Shown here: positions 39,854 through 48,715 of the stretch, one piece after another
How positions within the stretch are numbered: position 1 is the stretch's first letter
How the letters are laid out: each line of letters opens with the position of its first letter
NCBI GenBank assembly: GCA_963676215.2
Contig: CAXXVT010000002.1
Span: 190,784 to 254,783 of the forward strand
Source: Opitutales bacterium
Lineage (GTDB): Bacteria; Verrucomicrobiota; Verrucomicrobiia; Opitutales; JAFGAQ01
Direction of reading: 5' to 3'
DNA length: 64,000 bases
Translations under genes and position numbers: made by a program
The notes under the pieces: generated by a model
Seen by the model: only the letters and a program-made list of their open reading frames with translations
The model's database searches: none
Told to the model about the DNA's origin: nothing

Positions 39854-39997
39854 AATTTAACCTTTCTGGTTTGGTGATTTCTTTCACGCCAGCGTTCTTG
39901 CTGACGCTATTATCAACGGAAGAAAGGAAAATTACTTTAGGTAAAATCTGAGCAAAAGTTTGTTAGTTGCTCTATACGAGGGAGAAACAGATCACTT

Positions 39998-41917
39998 TTA
40001 CTCGAAATTGACGGAATTCTTACAATTCCAACATGCTTCAACGAAGTTTTTGGAAAATGTTGATGCATCACAAAGGGCTGAGTTCAGCAGTTTCTCGCGA
40101 AGTTGAGAACGAATTTCTGAGAGATTAGACCGTGCTGAGACTAGGATGTGTGATTTTTGGATGTAGTCCGTTCTGTCTTTTGCGATCCATCCCGGATATC
40201 CTAGATGAGTAAGGATACTAGCTGAAACTCGGGCTCGATGGCTTTTCCCTTCCAATGTGAGAACCGGACACCCCATCATCAGAGATTCGAAAGTAGTGGT
40301 GGTACCGTTGTAGGGGAAAGTGTCGAGTGTGAAATCGATCGAATGGTAGGTTGAAAGATGGCTATAGAGGTCGGGGGATCTCGTGAGAAGTTGGACTCGA
40401 TTTAGATCGATTTTTTGAGCTTCGAATGGTAACAAAAAACGCTGTTTCACGCTTTGTGACAAAAAGGCAGGGCTTTTTACCAGTAGTTGAGTATTGGGAT
40501 TCTGTTGAAGGATTTCAATCCAGAGTTGTATCGTATTGAGGGTGATTTTGTTGATGTTGTTTAAGCATCCAAGCGTAATGATCCCCGTTTTTTCTGAAGG
40601 GAGTGGATTGATCTCTGGCAATTCGACTGGAGCTTCGTAGCAGAGAAAGGATGGCTTAAGCAGAATACGTCTCTCTGAGCATGGTTCGGGATGAGCGTTG
40701 GCTCCAGGTTTGGGGTCTGTGACCTCATCTACGAATCGATAGTCGTGATATCGAAATCCTGTGGTATTGGCATACCCCATCCAGTTGACTACGAGAGCTG
40801 CCGGTTTTGGTGTTGAGATCAGTAGTGGGAGGGCATTGCCAGAGGAATGACCTGCAAGATCGAAGAGAATATCAAGTTGATCCAGTTCAACCCAATTTAG
40901 GTTTTGAGGGGCAGGGGTGTGGACGAAATGATCGCAGCAGCTTGCGATCTGTTCCGAAGTTGAGTCGAGAGTTGCATTGAGTGCATAGCCTGCTACCCAG
41001 ATATCCTCTCTTTCATGAAGTTGCCGAAGCAATGGCAATAGGAAATACGCCACTGAGTGCTCTCTCAAATCGGGGCTCAGAAACCCGATTCTTAATCGCT
41101 TTTTCGCTCCAGTCGCTACAGGTTCAGCGATTGACTCATCCTGATTGTGCGAACGGTAGTGACGTTCTAATGCACCACCTAAGGCGATGTGTTGGTGAGC
41201 GACCATCCCACCATCAGATTCCAGATAATTAGATGTGAATAAATACTGTGATACTAAGTCGAGTTGAGCCGGAGCCAGTTTCATTGCTGCTTGGAGATCT
41301 GCAAGGCATTCCACTACTTTCCAACTGCGCCAGTTGATTTCAGCAAAAGCTGAGAGGCAACGGACATGCTGACGGGCTTTGGATGGGCATGTTGTCGCAA
41401 AAAAAGTGGCCTCTTCTATTTTGTTTGTAGCCAAATACAGTTGGATGATATCCGCTGCGTAATCGAGATCTTTGGGGTCGAGGGCCCAGGCTTTTTTGAA
41501 GTGCCCTAGAGCCACTTCCCATTGCTGCTTTGATTGAAACGCAGATCCCATTACCCGATGACATCGTGCAATTGCGGGGTGAAGCTCAAAGGGGCTTTCT
41601 TTTTCTGGATCGGCTATAGGAGAGAGCAGTTCTATAACATCATCCAGGTGGTTTGAATTGAGCAGGATAATCGATTTGAAGTAGGCCGCATCAATTTGAT
41701 GGGGAATAGCTTGAAGAACCTGGTCGTAGCATTGTAGTGCTTCTACCGGATTTCCATCTTGTTGATATTGCAGGCCTTTTTTAAGGAGTGTCTCTAGTTC
41801 GGTTTGATTGGCCACTGAAATCTGTCTATGGATTTGAGTGCAAAATTGCAATTCGGATTCAATCAGTTTAATAATATTCCGATAATTGAATTGTGATGCA
41901 GAACCATTCACAGTCAA
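39998..41917 (-). CDS. TPR-repeat protein with C-terminal O-GlcNAc-transferase-like (SPINDLY/GT41-like) domain, copy 2, immediately upstream of flagellin
   Basis: TPR repeats in the N-terminal half. The C-terminal blocks RIGFLSPDLREHSV, DLAGHSSGNAL, VNWMGYANTTG and LDTFPYNGTTTTFESLMMGCPVLT are paralogous to 27580..29637. TTG start. Confidence 0.8.
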   Translation of the reverse strand: MTVNGSASQFNYRNIIKLIESELQFCTQIHRQISVANQTELETLLKKGLQYQQDGNPVEALQCYDQVLQAIPHQIDAAYFKSIILLNSNHLDDVIELLSPIADPEKESPFELHPAIARCHRVMGSAFQSKQQWEVALGHFKKAWALDPKDLDYAADIIQLYLATNKIEEATFFATTCPSKARQHVRCLSAFAEINWRSWKVVECLADLQAAMKLAPAQLDLVSQYLFTSNYLESDGGMVAHQHIALGGALERHYRSHNQDESIAEPVATGAKKRLRIGFLSPDLREHSVAYFLLPLLRQLHEREDIWVAGYALNATLDSTSEQIASCCDHFVHTPAPQNLNWVELDQLDILFDLAGHSSGNALPLLISTPKPAALVVNWMGYANTTGFRYHDYRFVDEVTDPKPGANAHPEPCSERRILLKPSFLCYEAPVELPEINPLPSEKTGIITLGCLNNINKITLNTIQLWIEILQQNPNTQLLVKSPAFLSQSVKQRFLLPFEAQKIDLNRVQLLTRSPDLYSHLSTYHSIDFTLDTFPYNGTTTTFESLMMGCPVLTLEGKSHRARVSASILTHLGYPGWIAKDRTDYIQKSHILVSARSNLSEIRSQLREKLLNSALCDASTFSKNFVEACWNCKNSVNFE

Positions 41918-42138
41918 ATTCGCCTAAAAACAGGAATAAATTTTTGGGAATCCAGTTTCTCGGATGTAACACCTATGGTCGCTTGTATCCCAATAAGGAA
42001 AACACCATTTTTGTGGGGCGATGCCCAAGGTGCGGACTTTCGATGCGGGTTAAAATTGGTTGAAGGGGGACTGAACGAGCGGTTTTTTAAATCTCCTTGT
42101 TTAATGAATCGAATAGGACAGGCGATACCTCGAAATTA

Positions 42139-43633
42139 TTAAAGCATACTTTCAATGATTGCTTCAAGTTTGCTCACAGATCGAGGGGTGGAGTACTTCG
42201 TTGAGCTCATTTGCCCGTTCCTGGCAAGTTGAAAGGATTCTTCTGGGTTTTCCGTTAAAAAAAGTAGTTTTGTGGCGAGGTCTAACGCATCACCGCCTTT
42301 AAATGTGAGACCGTTTTTTCCGTGCACCACAACTTCGGCCGCTCCTCCTGTAGCTGATGATATAACAGCTAGGCCCGATGCCATTGCTTCGATCTGAGAT
42401 TTTCCAAAAGCCTCTTCAATGATGGTCGGGAAAACGAGTGTATTGCATTGATCAAACATTCGAACCATGGCTTTGCGTGACTGATAGCCGTAGAAATGAA
42501 TCTGGTCCTGCATCTTCTTTTCTTCCACAAAATCGAGGATTTGCTTGTAGTAGGTCTCGTTGGTATTGTTCCCAATCGCATGACATTCGAATGGGATGTT
42601 GATGGCCTTGAGCACTGCCAGTGCCTCGATGAGGATATGAAATCCTTTGAATGGCGCAATAATGCCTGCAAAAACGATTTTTAGTTTCGAAAAGTCCGGC
42701 AACACATATCGATAGTATTTTTCGAGTGGTGACCCAGGGAATAGTGTCTCAAATCTTTCTATGGGATGCTTTTGTTCCTTTAGCGATTGGATTAACCAAT
42801 TACTTGCAGCTGCCATGCAATACTTCGGATGTTGAGGGGTGTCTTCGACGGGGTATCCTGGTTCTTTGTTCCCTAATCGATGAATCACCGGAATTCCCTT
42901 GTTTAGGATTTCCTTAATAAACGGGTATCCCATCAGATCGACATTTCCAACAATACATACCTCGGGTTTAAACGCTTCGAGAGCTTGTCTTATAAGAAGA
43001 TGATTTTTTACCGCGATGTTCGTTAAAACCTCCTGGTCTTGTTCGACTTCAACGACTCCTTTTTTCCAATTTCCGAATAGCTCAAAACATCTTGTTACAT
43101 TTTTTTCAATCGAGTAGGATTCGGGGCCAGTAATCTGATTCAAATAAGGTGAGTCAGATGTCATGATTTTGACTTCATGGCCTTTTTTGATCAATCCGGC
43201 ACATAACTCCCACATCGTTTTTTCCAAACCCACCCATTTCTTGGGGGGGGAAGAGATTGGTCACGACGAGTATGCGTCTTGGCTTTTGAGGTAATTCTCC
43301 TAATGAAGTGATTTCGGCGAGTTCGCTGAAATACTCAGAAGAAGGCGTGGAAGGAAATTGTAGCGAGACGTTTTGCAAACGCCTGATTTCGGTGTCTATT
43401 ATGGCTTTCGAATTTCCCTCTCCGACAGTTTCATAAAGTTCTGAAAGAGCGGTATAGGGTGCCAAATGGCTGCGGTCAGTTTGAATGGCCTTTATCCAGC
43501 ACAAATGGGCTTTCTCTATATTCTTTTCTTCGAATAATTGAAGTCCCTCAGCAAACAACTCTTTCGATCTTTTATTGGGTGCGAATTCAATCTTTCTAAA
43601 GGAATCGCTGGGGATTTGAGAAGCCATATTCAA
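42139..43633 (-). pseudogene. Glycosyltransferase family 4 gene interrupted by a single-nucleotide frameshift (two ORFs, 43175..43633 and 42139..43233)
   Basis: The upstream ORF ends ...RRILVVTNLFPPQEMGGFGKNDVGVMCRIDQKRP*. The downstream ORF begins (V)GLEKTMWELCAGLIKKGHEVKIM and continues into a complete GT-B domain (EEAFGKSQIEAMASGLAVISSATGGAAEVV). Together they form one GT4 with a 130-aa N-terminal extension. Confidence 0.7.
43243..43250. repeat. G8 (C8 on the coding strand) homopolymer inside the GT4 reading frame
   Basis: Read directly: ttGGGGGGGGaag. It encodes the Pro-Pro of NLFPPQ, a few nucleotides upstream of the frame break. Confidence 0.95.
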
Positions 43634-43709
43634 GTATTTCGATTTTTAAAGGGTGCATTCGGCATTCAATTTGCTTAGTATTGTGACACTCTTTTGCAAA
43701 GCCAAGCAT

Positions 43710-44420
43710 GTTATGAGCCAAGATATTTCTGAAATTCTATCGAACCTCACGGGTCATTTAAGTTCCATCAATACGACTTCAACTCTAGCTTCTCATCGAC
43801 AGGAAGATACCATAGCCCTGAGTTTGGTTGCCAAAACTTAATTCGGATGTGTATTTACCATGGACACAATCCGCTATTCGTCCGGCTTCTCTCCTGTTGG
43901 TTCTAAATGAGGTATGCATCCACCAAAGGAAACATGTCGTAGAATGTGGAAGCGGAATCTCAACGCTGTACTTGAGTAAAATACTTGCTCAGACGAGGTA
44001 GCCTCATCTCTATCGATCACGACAGTGAATGGCAAAAGGTCGTGAAGAAACAGGCTGAGACGCTTCAAATTTCGATGGATTCGACTACATTTGTATCTGC
44101 ACCTTGTCTCCATGTAAGCATTCTCCAAGGGGCTTGATTGGTATGACTTAGATGTCCTGGACAAAGCTTTCGATGGTATTTCTATAGATCTGTTGTTGGT
44201 TGATGCTCCTATTGCAGGCATGAGGCAATTGCTGAATCGAGATACCCCGCAATGCCGTACTTTGCAGATAAACTGGAAGATGATTTTGCTGTGTTTTTAG
44301 ATGATTGTCATCGAGGTGGTGAGCAGAATATCGCAAAGCAGTGGAGTGAAAAATACAATTTGAGTGGATTGTTCCTACCTGAAAGGGAAATATATGCCTC
44401 TTTCATCCTCCGGGAGTGAA
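43710..44420 (+). pseudogene. Class I SAM-dependent methyltransferase relic with multiple frame changes
   Basis: My three-frame reading gives, in successive different frames: MSQDISEIL...LVAKT*; LNSDVYLPWTQSAIRPASLLLVLNEVCIHQRKHVVECGSGISTLYLSKILAQTR*; SLISIDHDSEWQKVVKKQAETLQ...*; WYDLDVLDKAFDGISIDLLLVDAPIAG...; YPAMPYFADKLEDDFAVFLDDCHRGGEQNIAKQWSEKYNL...*. The motif I-like VECGSGIST and the post-motif LLLVDA / VFLDD fit a Methyltransf_24-like enzyme. Confidence 0.6.
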
Positions 44421-44543
44421 AAGATTTAACATTATCTAGACGGCAAAGGTCTCTTCGACAGACTCGAACTTTCCCAACAGTTTTCCGCATGAAGAACGAA
44501 ACCTGAGCCCATTGATTAAATCGGAGGGATTGATTCCAGTATT

Positions 44544-45045
44544 GTGCTGGAAATTGGTCATTTTGGTGAATTTCCCAGAGGGTATCAATCATCGAAGAGT
44601 CTCTTTGATTCGAAGCGTTATCATGTTTCCTACGATTGGTATGCGAAGAAGAATCAACCTTGGATAGATGCACTTTGTCTTCGGCATGAAGTGATTCGTT
44701 CCAAGGGATTTGATCCCCTGTTGTGCGACCGTGACTACTCTGTGTTGTTGTGGGATGATAGAGAAGATCGTTGCAAGCTATCTGGGTATTTTGGACTCAT
44801 CTTTGTGGATGGCTGTGATTCAGAAATACTCACGGGAGAAGTTACTGCTGCGTTTTATGATCTCGTCGCTAGTAACAGTACGGGTTGATCCGATTAGAAG
44901 GGACGGCCAGGGCTCTCGATTTCTCAACGCTATTTCCAGAGTCAGACGGATTTACTTCGATCATAGTGAATTCGGGGATGAGGTCTTCTTGAAAGTTAGG
45001 CGTGAAGACCAGGTGAAACAGTTTCTCTGCATCGTGATGATTTGA
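44544..45045 (+). pseudogene. Second disrupted ORF pair, possibly methyltransferase-like
   Basis: ORFs 44544..44888 and 44710..45045 overlap in different frames. VLEIGHFGEF (motif-I-like) lies at the extreme N-terminus, and a plausible upstream continuation (..ERNLSPLIKSEG..) is in another frame. LIFVDGCDSE resembles the Methyltransf_24 'fiDg.H' block. Weak. Confidence 0.35.
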
Positions 45046-45071
45046 AATGAGGGATGAACCCACAGCATTGA

Positions 45072-46488
45072 TTGCGTGGGAGAACGATAGGCATTTGTTT
45101 TTCAAACAAAGAAGTCTGGGTTGGAAAACGACAGATTGACGAATTTTCCTCATCCTTTCCGACATCCATTCACTTGGATTCGCCTTGCGATCTAAAAGTA
45201 GTTTTGGACAAATTTGAATCACCTAACTCGATTCAATATCTATTGGCTGCCTGCGATGCTTTTGGTGGAATCCCCCTTAACGGAGTCGAGGCATTCAAGG
45301 GTAAATCGGCTTTGTTTATTGGAGATACCCATCATGGATATCGCCCCATTCGAAATGTGATTGAGAAAGCGAAATCCGAGCCTTTCGATCACTACATAAC
45401 GATATATGATCGTCACCATCTTCATTTTTTGGCTGAAGCCCTGGGAGATGAAAAAGTGTTTTGGCTTCCAAATTACAACCTTTTTCCGAGCTTTTCTATT
45501 AGCAGTAGTGATCGTCGAAACTGTGTAGGTTTTGTTGTCGTATTACCCAATTTCATCCCTATCGTAATAAGATGATCCATCATCTGATGGGATCCTCCAT
45601 TCCCTTTCTTTTTGCCAATAGCAGCATCGCTCATTCGGAGATTCATGGACAGTGTAGCGTTGCTATAAATCTGTCACTCAATGGTGACTTCAATTTGCGA
45701 AACTTTGGAATCATCGGGCACGAAGCGTTTATGTTGTGCGATAATCCTTCCTTCCAGTCCGGGCTTGAGTTATTTTTTCAAAGGGGAAGGCATTATGATA
45801 CCTTTCAAAACCCTGCAGAAATGCTTCAAAAAGCATCCTTCTACATTGAAAACCGCAACCATACCCGTTCACTAGCCATTGAAGCGTCTGATGTTTATTG
45901 GAAGCAGCTAAATCCAGTTATCATTCGAAAAAGTCTCCGCTCTATTTTTGAGGAAGCCTATTTGGACGAGCGATTCAGGGCGTTTTCCGACCCCCGTCTT
46001 CAATATGCAAGATCCACTGATCCTTCCGAGTTTTCTGATCGCATCGCGATCTATGAATGTTTGCAAGAAAGACATCGCCGATCAGAACTTTTGAGTGTTA
46101 CTGTTTTCCCTGATGTTACCGTCAATACTATTACAGACTTGTATGATCTCCCGAGGATTCAACTGGTCAGAATTGTAGAATCAGGAAGTAATAATGATCT
46201 GGATAAGCAAATAATTCAGTTGTGCCAGGTAGAAATCCTTCAAGAGCAACCAATTGGGGGCAATACCTCGCTACTGATGTTGCTGTTTTAATGGTTTCTG
46301 ATGCCGAGAAACATCATCAACAAAACATCCCAATTGATTCTTTTTCCGAAATCTTGTTGATCGTGAATCAAGACATCTCTCCTTCCCTTGGATCATGGTT
46401 GGAGAACCAGTCCTTTGCTCTTGTTGAGCAAAATGGAAGACTTTTGTATCTTAAGAAAAAATCTTTCGAATCAAAACTGAAACTCTAG
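45072..46488 (+). pseudogene. CgeB-like / DUF3880-type glycosyltransferase-family paralogue, frameshifted (3 ORF pieces)
   Basis: The pieces are 45072..45575, 45572..46291 and 46222..46488, in frames 0, 2 and 1. ALFIGDTHHGYRPIRNVIEKAKSEPFDHYITIYDRHHLHFLAEALGDEKVFWLPNYNLF aligns with LLIGGATHIQENPLQSLISYAIDEAFDTVVLWNRQNAHFFKQFGIPNVYWMPGLIF of 46660..47997. Reading across ~45535 in the next frame gives RITQFHPYRNKMIHHL, which matches GKHHPRRNRIIKEL. AINLSLNGDFNLRNFGIIGHEAFMLCD matches SLNVSVNGELNLRVFESTSVGALLLTD. Confidence 0.6.
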
Positions 46489-46659
46489 CTTCTCCTCCGC
46501 CTTTTGATCACTTATCATATTTGTTTCCAAATAAGCCAAAAGGGAAATAGCTTTGAGTTTAAGTAGAACTAAATAGCCCGAACACCTTCTCCCTCTGAGG
46601 CATATATCCTAATTGAATCAGCGCATCTTCATACCGTTTATCTGGGTTGGTTGAACCAA

Positions 46660-47997
46660 TCAGATGAGATGACCAGACAATGCATGTTTTTTGTTCTGAA
46701 TTGACTCTTGCACTGAAGGGTTTTCCAGATCTGCGAGACTTGTAATCAATACGTTCCCCTTCAATTGTTCAATGACTTCGGGTTCCTTTTGAATCATGTT
46801 GGTTACACGCAATTCCTGCATCGCCGCCTGCCAATCTTCGAAATACGTTTGTTGTTTTATGAGCAGTGTTTGAGATAGGCGGACAAGATCCCCCGCATCT
46901 GAAAGAAGAAGTGGATGTACGCCTTCTGTGACTGTTGTTTCGAGTGTTTCGAATATCCGATGTTGTTCTTGGAGAAATTCATAGAGCTGAATTCGGAATA
47001 CAAGAGAATCACGATAATCCGGTCCTGCAGGAGGCAGTTGACACCTGGGTTCATCGAGCAACCGGAATGCCTCAAGGGTTTCTTCCCCGTAGATCAGGGC
47101 GAAAAAGGTGTTTCTGCGTGCTTCTTGTGAGAAATATTGATTCGTAATTTCTTTTCCCTTTTGAGCGATTGATTTTACCTGGTCGGGATTTTTTGAAATA
47201 TTAACTACCTTTTGAATCAATTCCTTCGTACTGTCGTATGAAAGCATGGATATTCCATCTTCGTAGAAGTGTTCAAGTCCTGCATGAGGAGAGAGTCTGT
47301 CAGTCAGTAGAAGGGCTCCAACGGAAGTACTTTCAAAGACGCGAAGATTGAGTTCTCCGTTGACGGAGACATTCAGTGAAATGAGGCTACGGCCGGCTAA
47401 TTCCAACGAGTCTAATCGAGGAAGTTTTCCCCCCACAATAGGGATTTTTTTTTGCTGTAATTCCTTGATGATTCTGTTCCGTCTTGGATGGTGTTTGCCG
47501 AGTTGACCAAAGAAACACAGCTGCTTTCGACGCTCTTTGGACTGTTGGACTTCGGGTATTGCGAAGATCAGGCCCGGCATCCAATACACATTCGGAATGC
47601 CAAATTGTTTAAAGAAGTGAGCGTTTTGTCGGTTCCATAGAACAACGGTATCGAATGCTTCATCAATGGCATATGAGATCAGAGATTGCAGTGGATTTTC
47701 CTGGATGTGCGTTGCTCCTCCAATCAACAGAACGCGTTTGGTGGTCTTTGGTAGGTTGCGGGGTAAACATCCTTTACTGGCATCCGAGTGCACCAAAATC
47801 ATGTTCGGGCGCTGTTCAGGGCTGAGTTTTTTCAGTACCGATTCAGCTTCAAACTCTCCTCTCGGGGTTGAAATGTATTTCCATTTTCCATGTTTGCGCG
47901 AATTATTGTAATAGGGTCCGCATACGCATTCCTCCGAGTTCAAGAGGGTATTAGGCAGTGATTTGGGTTCGGCGTGGGTGAAGAAAAGGATGTTCAT
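46660..47997 (-). CDS. CgeB-like / DUF3880-type glycosyltransferase-family protein (intact paralogue)
   Basis: FFGQLGKHHPRRNRIIKEL..., SLNVSVNGELNLRVFESTSVGALLLTDRL...FYEDGISMLSYDSTKELIQKV...IAQKGKE fit the CgeB-family C-terminal domain pattern (LN..-..N.R.FE...cGa.lLtd). The start is set at the internal ATG comp(47995..47997), giving MNILFFTH. That removes a 220-nt overlap with the upstream gene. Confidence 0.65.
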   Translation of the reverse strand: MNILFFTHAEPKSLPNTLLNSEECVCGPYYNNSRKHGKWKYISTPRGEFEAESVLKKLSPEQRPNMILVHSDASKGCLPRNLPKTTKRVLLIGGATHIQENPLQSLISYAIDEAFDTVVLWNRQNAHFFKQFGIPNVYWMPGLIFAIPEVQQSKERRKQLCFFGQLGKHHPRRNRIIKELQQKKIPIVGGKLPRLDSLELAGRSLISLNVSVNGELNLRVFESTSVGALLLTDRLSPHAGLEHFYEDGISMLSYDSTKELIQKVVNISKNPDQVKSIAQKGKEITNQYFSQEARRNTFFALIYGEETLEAFRLLDEPRCQLPPAGPDYRDSLVFRIQLYEFLQEQHRIFETLETTVTEGVHPLLLSDAGDLVRLSQTLLIKQQTYFEDWQAAMQELRVTNMIQKEPEVIEQLKGNVLITSLADLENPSVQESIQNKKHALSGHLI

Positions 47998-48031
47998 GCG
48001 TAGAGTCGATCGATGGGTAGAGGTTCTTGTA

Positions 48032-48715
48032 TCACTTATCTGCGTCACCGAAGCATTTGATGATCGAGGCTTCATGGGTTTGATCTTCATTCCAGAACCG
48101 CAATTGCAAAGGCACTTCACTGCGATCACGCCAGATTTTGATCGGTCCAAATATAGCACGATTTCGTTCCTGACGATAACTCCAATTGAGGGGGAGCACA
48201 AATGGATTGAACTTTGTGTCGACGATTGCTTGAGAAAAGGCGGCTTGTTCAATATTGGACGTAACCACTCTTTTCCCTTTTCGATAGGAGACGATGGAAG
48301 AATCCATTATTTCAGCGCAATTTCCCCAGCTTTCAAAAACTGTATCTACCGTATTTTTAATTTTACTGAAAAACATTACACTTGTGTTGTATTCAACCTG
48401 ATCTCCATCAATATCTGCATATCGTCTTGCCCATGGGCATTCATTGATGCAGCAAGCGAGCCCGTGCTTTTCCGCTTGTTCAAACCCAAAATCGAGTCTG
48501 TCCATCACGACGGTGTCCGTATCAAGAAACAACGTGGTTTCGAATGGTGACATCTTGAGCATTTTAGCCTTGTCCAAGAGTGTCGAATCGTTGGGTAGTT
48601 GGAAACATTTGTATGGCAGATCGGGGTGGTGGTGCTTTAGGGAATCAATCGAGCGCGCGAGCTCTTTTTCCACTTTTTCACCCCAGTAGACGTAGATGAC
48701 TCCTCTTTTTTGCAT
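48032..48715 (-). CDS. Nucleotide-diphospho-sugar transferase-like protein (GT-A fold, GT8-like)
   Basis: GVIYVYWGEK..., the DxD-containing FLDTDTVVM, and a typical small GT-A size. The assignment is tentative. Confidence 0.5.
   Translation of the reverse strand: MQKRGVIYVYWGEKVEKELARSIDSLKHHHPDLPYKCFQLPNDSTLLDKAKMLKMSPFETTLFLDTDTVVMDRLDFGFEQAEKHGLACCINECPWARRYADIDGDQVEYNTSVMFFSKIKNTVDTVFESWGNCAEIMDSSIVSYRKGKRVVTSNIEQAAFSQAIVDTKFNPFVLPLNWSYRQERNRAIFGPIKIWRDRSEVPLQLRFWNEDQTHEASIIKCFGDADK

Noticed and set aside
39910-39939. Sigma-28 (FliA)-like promoter upstream of flagellin: TAAAGT ... CGTTGATAA on the minus strand
   Set aside because: The -10-like GTTGATAA matches 6 of 8 positions of GCCGATAA. 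However, the spacing to TAAA is about 3 nt longer than the enterobacterial consensus (N15). The consensus for this lineage is unknown, so I cannot support it as a feature without TSS data.
43874-44673. Three minus-strand ORFs (115, 62 and 121 aa) in the island
   Set aside because: They lie opposite the plus-strand methyltransferase relics, whose stitched translation has recognisable motifs. The minus-strand translations are not protein-like.
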